From Octopus sinensis (Eukaryota): DNA of 64,000 bases. Below the pieces are notes generated by a model. The model was not told the DNA's origin. It worked only from the letters and a program-made list of their open reading frames with translations, and made no database searches. This document shows positions 38,337-50,131 of this stretch, one piece after another. The position numbers and the translations under genes are program-made. Positions within the stretch are counted from its first letter, which is position 1. Each line of letters begins with the position of its first letter. The DNA is taken from positions 67,146,001-67,210,000 of the forward strand of contig NC_043002.1 in the NCBI RefSeq assembly GCF_006345805.1, given 5' to 3'.

Positions 38337-38381
<45 letters not shown>

Positions 38382-38395
38382 TGTATCTATGTATC

Positions 38396-38423
<28 letters not shown>
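37905..38423. repeat. (TA)n array with periodic GCATGTATCTATG interruptions
   Basis: The motif recurs about every 40-50 bp from 38120 to 38400. Confidence 0.95.
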
Positions 38424-38426
<3 letters not shown>

Positions 38427-38823
38427 CAGTAACAATAAAGGGTGAAATTAATTAATTTGGAATAATTATCAATTACACCAAGTAGATTTCGGCATGTAAA
38501 AGCCTCATTCGAGGAAAATTTAAGTAATACTAAGCAATTAAGGGTTAGCAACGAATTGCCTCACCAACACACCGAATTTAGAAATAGCAGTCAAAGAGAT
38601 ATAGCTATTCCTTCTACTAAAAGGGAGATCTCAAGGAATAGCTATATCTCTTTGACTGCTATTTCTAAATTCGGTGTGTTGGTGAGGCAATTCGTTGCTA
38701 AACCCTTAATTGCTTAGTATTACTTAAATTTTCCTCGAATGAGGCTTTTACATGCCGAAATCTACTTGGTGTAATTGATAATTATTCCAAATTAACTAAT
38801 TTCACCCTTTATTGTTACTGATA
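38424..38823. repeat. Near-perfect 400-bp palindrome (190-bp arms, 19-bp spacer)
   Basis: 38424-38613 is the reverse complement of 38633-38823, with about one mismatch and one indel. Confidence 0.95.
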
Positions 38824-38984
38824 ACCATATTTTATCCCAGTAAATGACCACAGCATCTTGTCTTGGCTACACGCGGGTGGAAGGGGGCTGGTGACACAAA
38901 CTTTCATTCACACTTTGAATTTCGTGGTACTGGTCATGCTTTGGCTCGCTCTGACACTGAGTTGAGATGATGCCTTCTAGTATC

Positions 38985-39298
38985 TCAAAATTTAATATAC
39001 AATTATTCAAAATTGTAGTATCCTACGCCGATGAGAAAAGAAGTTTGGGTAAGGTAGAATTTTCTAATTCTTATGCTTTCCTAAAACTTGATTTCGAAAC
39101 GTACGTCCGTAGGTAACTTAAAATTGTATGATAGATTGCCGTCATTCATTCTTTCTTACCTGTCTGTGTTTGCCTTTCAAGTGCTGTGTTTTTACTGAGA
39201 TCTCCCTTTTAGTAGAAGGAATAGCTATATCTCTTGACTGCTATTTCTAAATTCGGTGTGTTGGTGAGGCAATTCGTTGCTAAACCCTTAATTGCTTA

Positions 39299-39302
<4 letters not shown>
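38985..39302 (+). mobile_element. Penelope-like terminal repeat carrying the hammerhead
   Basis: 39190-39302 is homologous to the palindrome arm and spacer; truncated by (AT)n. The left boundary is approximate. Confidence 0.55.
39022..39113 (+). ncRNA. Type I hammerhead ribozyme-like fold (U4C core variant)
   Basis: CCTACG-CCGATGA-[long stem II]-GAAA-C-GTAC-G-TC^-CGTAGG; stem I is a perfect 6 bp and stem III carries the self-complementary ACGTACGT. Confidence 0.7.
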
Positions 39303-39355
<53 letters not shown>

Positions 39356-39358
<3 letters not shown>

Positions 39359-39575
39359 TGTTTCCGTGTGTCCCCTTGTATTTGTATTGATTGTCCCCAT
39401 CACTGCATGACAACCGGTACTGATTTGTTAGCGTCCCTGCAATTTAGTGATTTGGCCAAAGAATCGATAAGTACCAGACTTTACTGGCGGCAATTTGTTC
39501 CACTAAGCCTCTCAAAGTAGTGCTCCAGTATGGCCGCAGTGCAATGACTGAAACAAGTAAAAGATAAAAGAAAGC
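39356..39575 (+). mobile_element. SINE family A, diverged 3' half
   Basis: GACAACCGGTACTG...CCAGTATGGCCGCAGT..GACTGAAACAAGTAAAAG. Confidence 0.75.
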
Positions 39576-39654
39576 ACGTGTTGAAAGCACATAGTTCCAT
39601 AGTAAACTTATGCTGTATACGTCATTCGTAAGAGTTATTTTGATGTATGGTTAA

Positions 39655-40012
39655 GTGGCACTCCGTCGGTTACAACGAGGAGGGTTCCAGTTAATCCGAA
39701 CAACCGGAACAAGCAGTCGTGAAATTAACGTGCAAGTGGTTGAGCACTGTACAGACGCTCGTACCCTTAATGTAGTTCTCGGGGTGATTCAGCTTGATAC
39801 AGAATATGACAAGGCTGGACGTTTTGAATTACAGGTACAACTAGTTTTAGTCAGTTGGTTAGACGGGAGCAATGTGAAATAAAGTGTCTTGCTCAAGTAT
39901 ACAGGCGCCGCCTGTGAAATAAAGTGTCTTGCTCAAGTATTCTGGCGCCGCCAGAAATCGAACTCACAATCATGTGATCGTCAAGCGAATACCCAAACCG
40001 CTCAGCCGTATG
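39655..40012 (-). mobile_element. SINE family D with a 40-bp internal tandem duplication
   Basis: Matches 60690-61012; GTGAAATAAAGTGTCTTGCTCAAGTAT occurs at 39874 and 39914. Confidence 0.8.
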
Positions 40013-40965
40013 GAAGAAATACATAGCGTATTGAACAACAATTAAACCATAAATAATCGTTCTGAAATCTTGAAAATAAAACATTAAGAAGAATCTTGTG
40101 GATGAAATGACATGGTTTTACGAGAAAATATGCAGCAGGAATTGTCTTATGATATTGAGATAATATTTTGTTAAGATTTCCAGAAATTACAATCTTTCTA
40201 GGGGTCAATTTTACTTTTTTTTTTGTCCATATGGATGTAGTTGTAATAATAATAATTATAATAATTATCGCCAATCATATACTAATGCTCATTGAAGCCA
40301 ATGAATTCTTCCTCTACAATTGTTCACCTTGTGCCAACGTAAGAAATAAAAAGATCGATATTCATGTACAACAAACCTTTTAACTCATACGTATTAAAAC
40401 TCATACGCACTTAATTCATTCTGTCTGTCTGTCTGTCTCTCTCTGTCTCTCAAGCTGTCGCTATATTAAAACAAGACAATCCTCCGTTAGTCTTTTATAT
40501 TAGAACCTCCTTAACAATCCTTTAGCTGCCAATGTCAGAAATAATTCAACACACCACGAACAATCAAACTGACTTCAGCATTTTACCAATTTCTTAAAAT
40601 AAGTAATAAATCTGACGGCATTTATTTCTGTTCAGAAGATCGTACATCACTTTCTGTCACATAACTACAGCCACTTCTTTCTTCTAAGTTACTTCCAAGT
40701 GATACCTGTCATCTAGAATTTCACTGTCTTCGAAATGTTCTTCTCTACATGCCACTCCACACTTGGTTTTGAAGGAGGGTGGAGGAGCTGACATTTGATT
40801 TCTTTTTCTCATACTTTTGTTATATTTATTTTATAATTTTCTTTTTTCTTCTGAATTTTGCGTCTCGTATTTCTCCTCCCATCTATGTAAAGCTGTCGCG
40901 ATCAGCTGCGATGCTTGACTAATTTTATCTTACCTCTTTTTCAAATCGATATTTAATTTTATTCT

Positions 40966-41180
40966 ACTACTACTACTACTACTGCTGCTGCTACTATTAC
41001 TATCAACAACAACAGCGACCTCACCACCACCATCACTGCTACCACCACCACCACCACCATTACCACTACCACGACTACCACCACTACTACTACTACTACT
41101 ACTACCAACAACAACCTCATCAACATCATCACTGTCGCCACCGCCGCCACCATCACCACCACAACCACCACCACCACCAT

Positions 41181-41222
<42 letters not shown>

Positions 41223-41310
41223 AACTACTACTACTACTACTACCAACAACAACAACCTCATCAACATCATCACTGCCGCCGTCGCCACCACCACCACCAC
41301 CATTACTACT
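40966..41310. repeat. (CTA)/(CCA)/(CAA) trinucleotide low-complexity tract with a duplicated block
   Basis: ACTACCAACAACAACCTCATCAACATCATCACTG occurs at about 41101 and 41240. Confidence 0.9.
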
Positions 41311-41839
41311 AGTAGTAGTCTTCCAATAGAAGCTGAAAGCTCAGTTTTCTGTTCTGATGCATTGTTTCTAAAACTTGTTGATGTTGTCTTCCTATATTAA
41401 TATCTTAAATCGTATTTATTGTTGGTTGCTGTCGGTAATCATTGAAGACGTCGCAGGAGAGACAGAATTCAGGGTAATCTTACATATTTCAGGATATTTT
41501 TTGGAAGAATGAACAACCGGAGTGACTTTCTAATTTTGTAGGCCTCTTTACTTAGATTCGGATTGACTAGAAGTCCAAGAATAACCTCAACTGAATAGCA
41601 ATTGAAGACCTGTATGCGTCCATGCATCTATCCATCTATGCATGCATGCATGCATCCATCCATCCGTCCATTCATTCATTCATTCATTCATTCATCCATC
41701 CATCCATCTTCTCTGTCCACAGTTGGAGTAGAGTCCTCAAGCACCTAATCCATAAAGTCCTATCTGAACGATTCATTAATGCATTTTCCTTTTGGATACC
41801 CATGCATAACAAACTGCCTTGCATTTTTTTCTTTTCTTT

Positions 41840-42025
41840 TTCGGGGAGTGGGAGAGGGGTTGGGCCCGGCTCTTTACATTTTGAGTTCAAATCTCGGCAG
41901 GATCAACTTTAGCTTTCATTCTTTAGGATTTGTTAAAAAAAAAAAACAATCAAGTTTCCCCGTAGATATAATTGACTGGTCTCTTCCACCAAATTTGAGT
42001 CCATGTGCCTGTGTAGGAAATCACT
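41840..42025 (+). mobile_element. SINE family B, diverged
   Basis: TTTGAGTTCAAATCTCGGCAGGATCAACTTTAGCTTTCATTC. Confidence 0.6.
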
Positions 42026-42224
42026 ATGGCTATGGCGTGTCGCTTTAACAAAATCTGATCTTCTCAAACGAAAATCTTATGCGAGGAGTTTTTATATTAT
42101 AACTTAACGAAGCGTTCATTAAAATACACACCTTTCCTTTAGTTAACAGTCTGTGCTTATCTGTAATGACCGTATATAGTTATGTAAACTGAGACAGAGA
42201 TAGCTGACCTTTTCGTTACCATAG

Positions 42225-42306
42225 GTGTTGGCATGAGTGTACTGTAAGAATCTTGCTTCTCAAGCACATGGTTCTGGATTCAGTCCCACTGTGTAGCACA
42301 TCGGGC
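42225..42306 (+). mobile_element. SINE family A head fragment
   Basis: CACATGGTTCTGGATTCAGTCCCACTGTGTAGCAC. Confidence 0.6.
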
Positions 42307-42737
42307 CACAGCAACCTCACCAACACCATTACTGTTATCAACACCACCACCACCACCAAGGTTGCACTCAGACAGGTTGATGTCAAAAGGGTTAAATGTC
42401 TTCAACAATGGACATATCGCAGCGCAGATAACAGGGTACAAACCATTAAACTACCGGTTGGTATACTGACACTTTACTGGGCGCTTGAGTTCTTTTTTAA
42501 ATTCTTTTCTGAGTTATCATCACAATGTAGATTCTAACATCTAATTATATTTCTCGGTTTAAAAACACAAATACACATCGTAAACGTGAAATATTGTGTG
42601 GTGTATACACTTAAACAAGAGACACGATCGTAACTAGGTTTGTCTTGTATTCATTCATTAATTCATGTTGTTGTTGCTGTTGTTGGGTTCCTAGTCGGTC
42701 TGATCGATCGGGCAAGCCCAAACAACCACAGCAACAG

Positions 42738-42850
42738 TGGAGGCGCAATGGTCCAGTGTTAAGGGCAGCGGACTCGCAGTCGCAAGAACGCGGTTTCGAT
42801 TCCCAAACCGGGCATTGTAAGTGTTTATTGAGCAAAAACACCTAAGCTCC
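42738..42850 (+). mobile_element. SINE family C head
   Basis: GGAGGCGCAATGGTCCAGTGTTAAGGGCAGCGGACTCGC..GGTTTCGATTCCC. Confidence 0.8.
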
Positions 42851-44152
42851 AAGTTGTGGATCTTCAAGTTGCCACACGCATTCTTAGTAGCTTAGAGTAG
42901 GCTCGAATTAGAGATTATTCTTTGTGGCTAATGGCGTGAGTCCTGATTGGAAAAAAAAGACAGCAGCAACAACAACAACAACGACGACGACGACGATGAC
43001 AACAACATATTTGAGTTTGTAAAAGAACTATACGGTGTGTTTATTTTAATGGCCTGTAAATGAATACAGTAAGTTTCTTTGCCCTCAGAAGACGGCTAGA
43101 AATGAAAACAAAATTAAAAGAAGAAAAACTCATAATAGTAATAAGCTGGTTTTATATAGTATTCAGGTGGACCACGAATCGTCGGAAAAAGTTAAAAGCA
43201 GTCATAAATTCAACTTAAGAAGGATGACAACGATAGCCAATAATACATGTATAGAACGCAGGAAAAAAACACCGAACCCCACCCTCGCAAAAAGGGAACA
43301 GTAAAAGAACAGTAAAGCTGTTGAATTTCAAGAAGCATGGAATTTTTGAAAGCTACAGAGTCCTGACAGCTAACAACCATCGTAGGTAATTTATTTCATG
43401 CTTCAATAATTCTGAGTATGAAAGAAGTGCTTCCGAAGGTTATGGGTGCTGCGATGTTTTTGATTTTGTAAGCTTATCCACGGGTGGTAGAGATATAAAG
43501 AATTTCACTTACAACCATTTCGTCTTTGTTTTCAGTTGTGTATATAGGACTACATTATTCAACGTGTTCTCTCTATTTGATATAAGGGGACTATTTCATG
43601 GAGTATTCATTGCTATTTCGAGTAGACCACGAAGAGGGTCCGTTGTTCGCTCCTCATTCATTTATGCCTAGCGTCGTCTTGATATATTTCTCTTTTATCT
43701 CTGAGATTAATATCCAGAATATTAGGTTTTTATCTTAATTTTATATTTTCATCAAAACTCGCAACCGTAACAGTGTAAAAGAATTAATATTTGATTACTC
43801 CTTTCTTTCTCTCACCCCTGGCTTCTATATTTTCACAGCACGATACAGCAATTCATCTCCCGTCCGCGTTCAATTTCTATCATTTCTTTACTTTCCGTCT
43901 TAAGCCTCATAATTAATAACTCGTACATTCTCATCTTTCTTTCATTTCTGAATTTCCATGCTTCGTTAGTTACAACCATCCATGTTCGCGAATCCTAGAC
44001 CTCCAGGACATCAGTCCCACTTTGTCTTGCTAACTATTTTGCACCGTGTGAAGCCTTGTGCTTTAATTGCTTTGGGGCTTAAATTTACGTGTCGCTTAAT
44101 CTTCGAAGTTCACTGGGTCATGTTCGGGTTAGACATTTAATGGTAATAGTCA

Positions 44153-44388
44153 GTCATTCGTTAAATATTAGTAAAGCTAGACGCTATGGAAATCCCCATC
44201 ACCTAACAGATTAGGATTGGTAGTTCAAGAATATGTTGGCGGTTCTAGGTTTCAAACGATATAAATTATATATATATGCTGTGTCTGTGTGCAATTCGAA
44301 AACTAGAACCGTCAATATATTCGAGAAATACCACTCCTAGTCGGCTGATTTCAATACCGTCTAGCTTTACTAATATTTAACGAATGAC
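44153..44388. mobile_element. Fold-back MITE-like element
   Basis: Perfect 31-bp TIR GTCATTCGTTAAATATTAGTAAAGCTAGACG; imperfect pairing continues inward. Confidence 0.75.
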
Positions 44389-44464
44389 TTTGTGTATGTG
44401 TGTGTGAGTGTGCGCGCGCGTTCTAGTTTACTATAGTATACTATAATATACTATGGTATACTCA

Positions 44465-44620
44465 GGCGTAGGAGTGGCTGTGTGGTAAGTAGCTTGCTTA
44501 CGAACCACATGGTTCCGAGTTCAATCCCACTGCGTGGCACCTTGGGCAAGTATCTTCTACTATAGTCTCGCAAAGCCTTGTGAGTGGATTTGGTAGACGG
44601 AAACTGAAAGAAGCCAGTCG

Positions 44621-44701
<81 letters not shown>

Positions 44702-44897
44702 GTGTGTGTTTGTCCCCCCCAACATCGCTTGACAACCGATGCTGGTGTGTTTACGTCCCCGTAACTTAGCGGTTCGGCAAAAGAGACCTATAGAATAAGT
44801 ACTAGGCTTACAAAAAATAAGTCCTGGGATTGATTTGCTCGACTAAAGGCGGTGCTCCATCATGGCCACAGTAAACAAGTAAAAGAGTAAAAAAGTA
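44465..44897 (+). mobile_element. SINE family A, full length
   Basis: Head to tail with expanded internal (TG)n. Confidence 0.9.
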
Positions 44898-45344
44898 TAA
44901 TATATATACATATATACACGCTCATAAAAACGTCAATGGATCCCAGTCAGTTTCGAAGATATGTATTCCAGTTTTCCGATCAAGAGCAACATATTCATTG
45001 AATTAAAGTAATAGTGGCTGAGTATCCCGCATAAATTTGTATCTTTAATGTACTTCTTGGGTACATATCGGATGTGACAGTGTATGGGATAAGCAGGTAA
45101 CCTTTGCAAAGATTTTTCCGTCTCTCAAATTTTACTCACAAGATTTGGGTCAACCCTGTACCCTGTGCTACGGTGGACGACACTTGAGGAAGATTCCGCA
45201 GAGTGGGATATTATTGCGAAGCAAATATCTTCTATGCTTGCGGTTATATTCATACATACAACACGCGCGCGTACACACATATGTACATCCATACATACAC
45301 ACACACTCATATATATATATACATACATATTTATACAAAATGTG

Positions 45345-45510
45345 ACCTCGTGTGTACCGTTGGCGATTTTTTTTTCCTCTGTCTTCCCTTCTCTGGATCT
45401 TTCCTTCTCCTATGTTTCCGACGAAGAGCTCCGCCCGAAACGTTAAACCCTCCTTCTTTCCTTCTTTCCTGAGCGTGCAATAATACTATATTTGTTCCAC
45501 GTCCTCATAT
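45345..45510 (+). mobile_element. Penelope-like terminal fragment with a mutated hammerhead-like core
   Basis: CCGACGAAGAGCTCCGCCCGAAACGTT...GAGCGTG. Confidence 0.6.
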
Positions 45511-45576
45511 ACATATATACATACATATATATACATATATATGTACATACATACATTTATATACTTGCATGTATGT

Positions 45577-48157
45577 AAGTCATTGTCCAATTTTATTTCA
45601 AGATTTCTTGCCAATAGAAAAAAATCCGGTTTCTAATCTAGATTCAAGGATCCTTCGTGTATGTGTGTATGTATGTATGTATGTATGTATGTATGTATGT
45701 ATGTATGTATGTATGTATGTATGTATGTATGTATGTATGTGTGTATGTATATGTATGTATGTATGTATGTGCAGATTTGTATGTTTTATGTATGTATTTT
45801 CATGCATATAGTTGCATATCCATTCATGCCCATCTATATTTAAATGATAAACTTCTGAAAAGTTTTACAGATTTTTACAGTTCCAGTGATGGATTGGATC
45901 TGTAGTCTTCGAATTAGCTTTCTACTTTCAGGTTTTGAGAAGCCTAATTTCTCAAAATTGGTAATTAGACAGTGTATTACATATTCCAGGGCTCCAATAA
46001 TTACAGGTATGAACTTGAACTTGTAATCTGGATAGAGTAACTGCAGATTTCTCAATAGTTCGGCATAGGTGTTCCCTTTTTCACTTATCTTTAGCCTTAT
46101 GTTAGCATCTGCTGGTCAGCTAATTTCCACAATTGTGCACAGTTTCTCTTCTCTATCCCAAATCATTATATCAAGTCTGTTGTGCTTGCATTTTATTGAG
46201 ATCTTCACTGGTAGTATTCCTTTTTATCATGAGTGGCTATGGTTTCTATTATATTGTGGGTTCTTATTTCTTTGTCCTCGGGATTATCCTCCCGACTAGT
46301 TTCATCATAGAGTGTCCTAGCTACAACATCATGTCTCATCGATAAATAATACCGTGATGACATTTTCGGACAACTGCTTATGATGTGGGTGATATCTACG
46401 GTGTTAACTCCACAAAGTCTGCATCGGGTGTCTCATTTTACTGCTTTTCCTGCATCTCTAACACTTTTGTGCATCAGGTACTTGGTTGATATTTTCTGTT
46501 GCTGGATTGCAAACGTATATCCTTCAAAGTGGGAGGTAGTAATCCGGCTATTGGTCCATGGTAGACTGCTTTGATGATCGATGTTACTATCATCTCGGAA
46601 CTTTCTACTGCATAGTCTTCTGCTCATATAGGCTCATTCTTTCATCTAATGATACGTTGCGGTAGAGTCGTGCAACTTCTTTGGGAATATATTTAAGGTT
46701 ATCAGACAAAGCGTTGCTCAAGGAGCTGCCTTCCAAGTCTTATGATGTTATCAGCTTCGTGTATGCAAACTTGGTCAAGGGATGCACTTCGACATTCGGT
46801 GGTTAAAATATGTTGTTGAAGGGATATGATGCGACATTCAAAGGCATTTTGGATCGATGTTAAACCTCTGCCGCCTTGTTTTCGTTTTAGGTAGAGGCGG
46901 TCTACACCACTGTTTATGTAGAAATTATGTGTGCTTGTAAGTATTTTTCGGGTTTTCACATCAAGGGCTCGGTTCTCATCAAGTGTCCAATCAAGCAGGC
47001 CAAATGTTGGTATGAGTACTGGCACTGCAAACACATTGTGCGCCACTGTTCTATTGAATACAGAGAGTTCTGAGGTCCAAATTTTCTTTATTCGGCTGTA
47101 ATATTTTTTAGTGACGCGTGTTTTGTTACAGGTGCCATTGTAAGATATATTTTCATCCACCCCTAGATACCTGTAACATTCCTCGTCAGATACAGGAGAA
47201 ACAGTCAAATCATTGATGGAGATGTTACTAGTCTGGTTTATAGTTTTCTCCCCTTCGCACACCATATAACAACATTTATTCTGACCAAACTCCAACCCTA
47301 TATCCTTTGAGAATGTTGTAATTAGGTCAAGGCTCTTTTTTATCTCATGTATGTTCTTTGCACAACGTTTTAAGTCATCCACAAAGAAACAGTGTGTAAT
47401 TTTGGTATTGTTGTTTCCATGTAAACCAGTGAAATATCCTTCAGACTTCCTTAACATGAATGACAAGGGGTTTACAGAAAGTATAAACATCACAAAGAGG
47501 CTGTCTCCTAGGAATATGCCTTTGTGATACTTTATTCTATCAGCGATAATGCAGTCACTCTTTGTGCTTAATTTTAAGATGGTGGCCCACGATGAAGTCA
47601 GGTCAGTTATGGCTTTGACTATTCTTACTGGAACTTCAGCAAGTCGAAGGGTTTCTAGCATCCATGAGTGGGGAACAGAGTCAAAGGCTTTCGTGTAGTC
47701 TGGCCACATTGAAACTAGATTCTTCTTATGCTCTAGCACCTCTGACATCACAGTTTTGTTGCTTAGTAATTGCTCGGCACACCCCCAAATTCCCTTCTTC
47801 CCAGCTGCTTGTTCTTCTGTGATAATGTTATTGGTTTCACAATGGTCCTGGAGCAAGAGGTTTAAACATGTATGTATCTTATACATTAATTTCTGGCATA
47901 CAATTGATAGGTAGTTTTGTTTTGTTTTTTCTTACTATGTGGGTGGTTCTGCATTTGGGGATCAATTTTGTCGCTGCTAGAGCTAACCAGTGTGGTATGC
48001 TATTATTACCAATGAAAGCTTGCTGGTACATATTGATAACATATGGTCGGTAGAATATTAGCTTCTTGAACCAATATCCAACAATCAAGTCTCTTCCAAG
48101 TGCTTTTCCATCCTGGACTTTCTGGATCACAGTTGCAGGAGTTTCACCATCAATATT
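45577..48157 (-). mobile_element. 5'-truncated R4/Dong-like RLE non-LTR retrotransposon in (TACA)n
   Basis: RT ORF pieces at 47879-48156 and 46702-47886 (KAFDSVPHSW, GIFLGDSL, FFVDDLK, YRYLGV), RLE C-terminus (KHNRLDI, IPVIIGAL); 3' UTR ends AAATAAAATTGGACAATGACT then TACATACAT. Confidence 0.88.
46702..47886 (-). pseudogene. Reverse transcriptase domain of the R4/Dong-like LINE (394-aa open segment)
   Basis: ORF track: EEQAAGKKG..GCAEQLL, DYTKAFDSVPHSW, THCFFVDDLK, FGQNKC, GGRGL. Confidence 0.85.
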
Positions 48158-48182
48158 GTATGTATGTATGTATGTATGTATG

Positions 48183-48213
<31 letters not shown>

Positions 48214-48784
48214 TGACTTTATAATAGCTCAATAAATCTGTCCCGTATGCAAAAATATTACTACTAATAAACTAATATTATATTTCCTCACCACATTTAT
48301 TTCTAGTTAACTTTTTAATGTTATATGTATGAAATATGTTAACAATTGCTAAGTGTCCTGAATAGAGTCTAGTATCTTATAGGTTACACCCTTTCTCCCT
48401 CGAGAGCTCTGATAGAAGCAAATAGATGACATGTGATATGTAGAGTTAAGTGTTCTGTTTAAGGACTCAATGAAAGTTTTGCATTGTATTTGAAACATAT
48501 CATCTCTTCACCCACTCAAGTGTTCATCTAGCATTACTTTCGATGTTTAACATGTAAGGCTACGTCTATCCTCGCCCCTATGTATGTCTGTACTTGTATT
48601 TTGCCTGCGTCATAGTCTTCTAATATAAATTTGTTCATACCTAGGATAATTCTTTCCTTTTATTTAGTCCTAGCACTCATAAGGCCGGTCGCCCGGTTTC
48701 CATGGCGTATTAGCGACCGCGATCACAACATTTCCCTGAACGTGTCGACGGTTCATTTCAGGGTTCAATGTCCGCAATCTTGAG

Positions 48785-48965
48785 GAGAGGGGACATATCG
48801 ATTACATCGACCCCATTACGTGACTGATAGTCTATTTTATCGACCCCGAAGGGATAAAAGGTGAGGTTGACTTCAGCGGGATTTGAACTCAGAGCGTAAA
48901 GAAACGGAAGAAATACCGCAAAACATTTTGACCAACTTGCTAAGGCTTCAGCCTACATGCCATCT
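48785..48965 (-). mobile_element. SINE family B
   Basis: TCGATTACATCGACCCC...TTTTATCGACCCCGAAGGG...GATTTGAACTCAGAG. Confidence 0.75.
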
Positions 48966-49011
48966 TAAGATACTCATAAGAATATTTAATCGGTCCTAAT
49001 ATTTGGACGGT

Positions 49012-49290
49012 AGAGGCACATGGCCTAGTGGTTAGAGCAGCGGACTCGCGGTCGAGGGATCGCGGGTTCGAATCTCAGACCGGGCGAAACACCTAAGCTC
49101 CACGCAGCTCCAGCTGAAGGTAATGGCGAACTTCTGCTGACTCTTTCGCCGCAATTTTCTCTCACTCTTTCCTCCTGTATCTTGCAGCTCACCTGCGACG
49201 GACCGGCGTCCCGTCCAGGTGGGGAACCTATACGCCAAGGAAACCGGGAAACCGGCCCTAATGAGCCAGGCGTGGTTCGAGAAGGAACAA
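49012..49290 (+). mobile_element. SINE family C, full length
   Basis: GAGGCACATGGCCTAGTGGTTAGAGCAGCGGACTC..GGGTTCGAATCTC, body GACCGGCGTCCCGTCCAG. Confidence 0.9.
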
Positions 49291-49311
49291 ACAATATTTG
49301 GACGGGAAAAG

Positions 49312-49530
49312 GTGACGAGCTGACAGAATCGTTAGCACGCCAAGTAGAATGCTTAACGGTATTTCGCCCGTCTTTACGTTCTGAGTTCAAATTCCGCCGG
49401 GGTCGACTTTGCCTTTCATCGTTTCGGAGTCGATAAAATAAGTACCAGCCGAACACTGGAGGCGATGCAAACGACTTAATCCTTCCTCCGAACTAGCTGG
49501 CCATGTGCCAAAATTTGAAACCAATATTTG
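49312..49530 (+). mobile_element. SINE family B
   Basis: GGTGACGAGCTGACAGAATCGTTAGCACGCC..GTTCAAATTCCGCC..GCCAAAATTTGAAACC. Confidence 0.85.
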
Positions 49531-49579
49531 ACTGTAAAGGAAAAGTGGTTTTGGTCGGATTTAAGCTCATATATTATGC

Positions 49580-49624
<45 letters not shown>

Positions 49625-50074
49625 ATATATATACACTTCTGACTTTGTGTATATATATATATATGTGTGTGTGGTGTATGTGTACGGGTGTGTGTATGTG
49701 TGTGGAGTGAGACCATATATATATATATAAAGAGCATGACTAACGCATGTACAACATCTGTAAATTGACTTCGTCGCTGCAATGGCAACAAAGGAATAAA
49801 ATATCTTTCCAAGAAAATATAATATATGAAATAAGAAAGAAGAACATTAACATATTGGTCTGATGCTATCTTAACTGTTGTTGAAGCTTTATAGACTTAT
49901 GAATAGCCGATTTTCCAGATGCGTATTCAGTTAAGCTGCCAGGGAAAAAATCTTGAAACGATTAGCTATAATATATGTTGCTTTTAGACTCTCACTTTAT
50001 CTGCTTTCCGTGTGTGTGTGTGTGTATGTATGTGTGTATGTATGTGTATGTGTGTGTGTTTGTTTGTTTGTGTG

Positions 50075-50131
<57 letters not shown>

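Noticed and set aside
40959-41303. Poly-V ORF; mucin-like poly-T on the opposite strand
   Set aside because: Trinucleotide low-complexity tract with no splice context or domain.
43167-43385. AG...GT-bounded candidate exon
   Set aside because: The frame I followed closes with a stop near 43300 once the C run is counted correctly; no recognisable protein.
49012-49085. tRNA-like heads of SINE families A-D as tRNA genes
   Set aside because: They have A/B-box-like motifs but no complete cloverleaf, and they run into SINE bodies.
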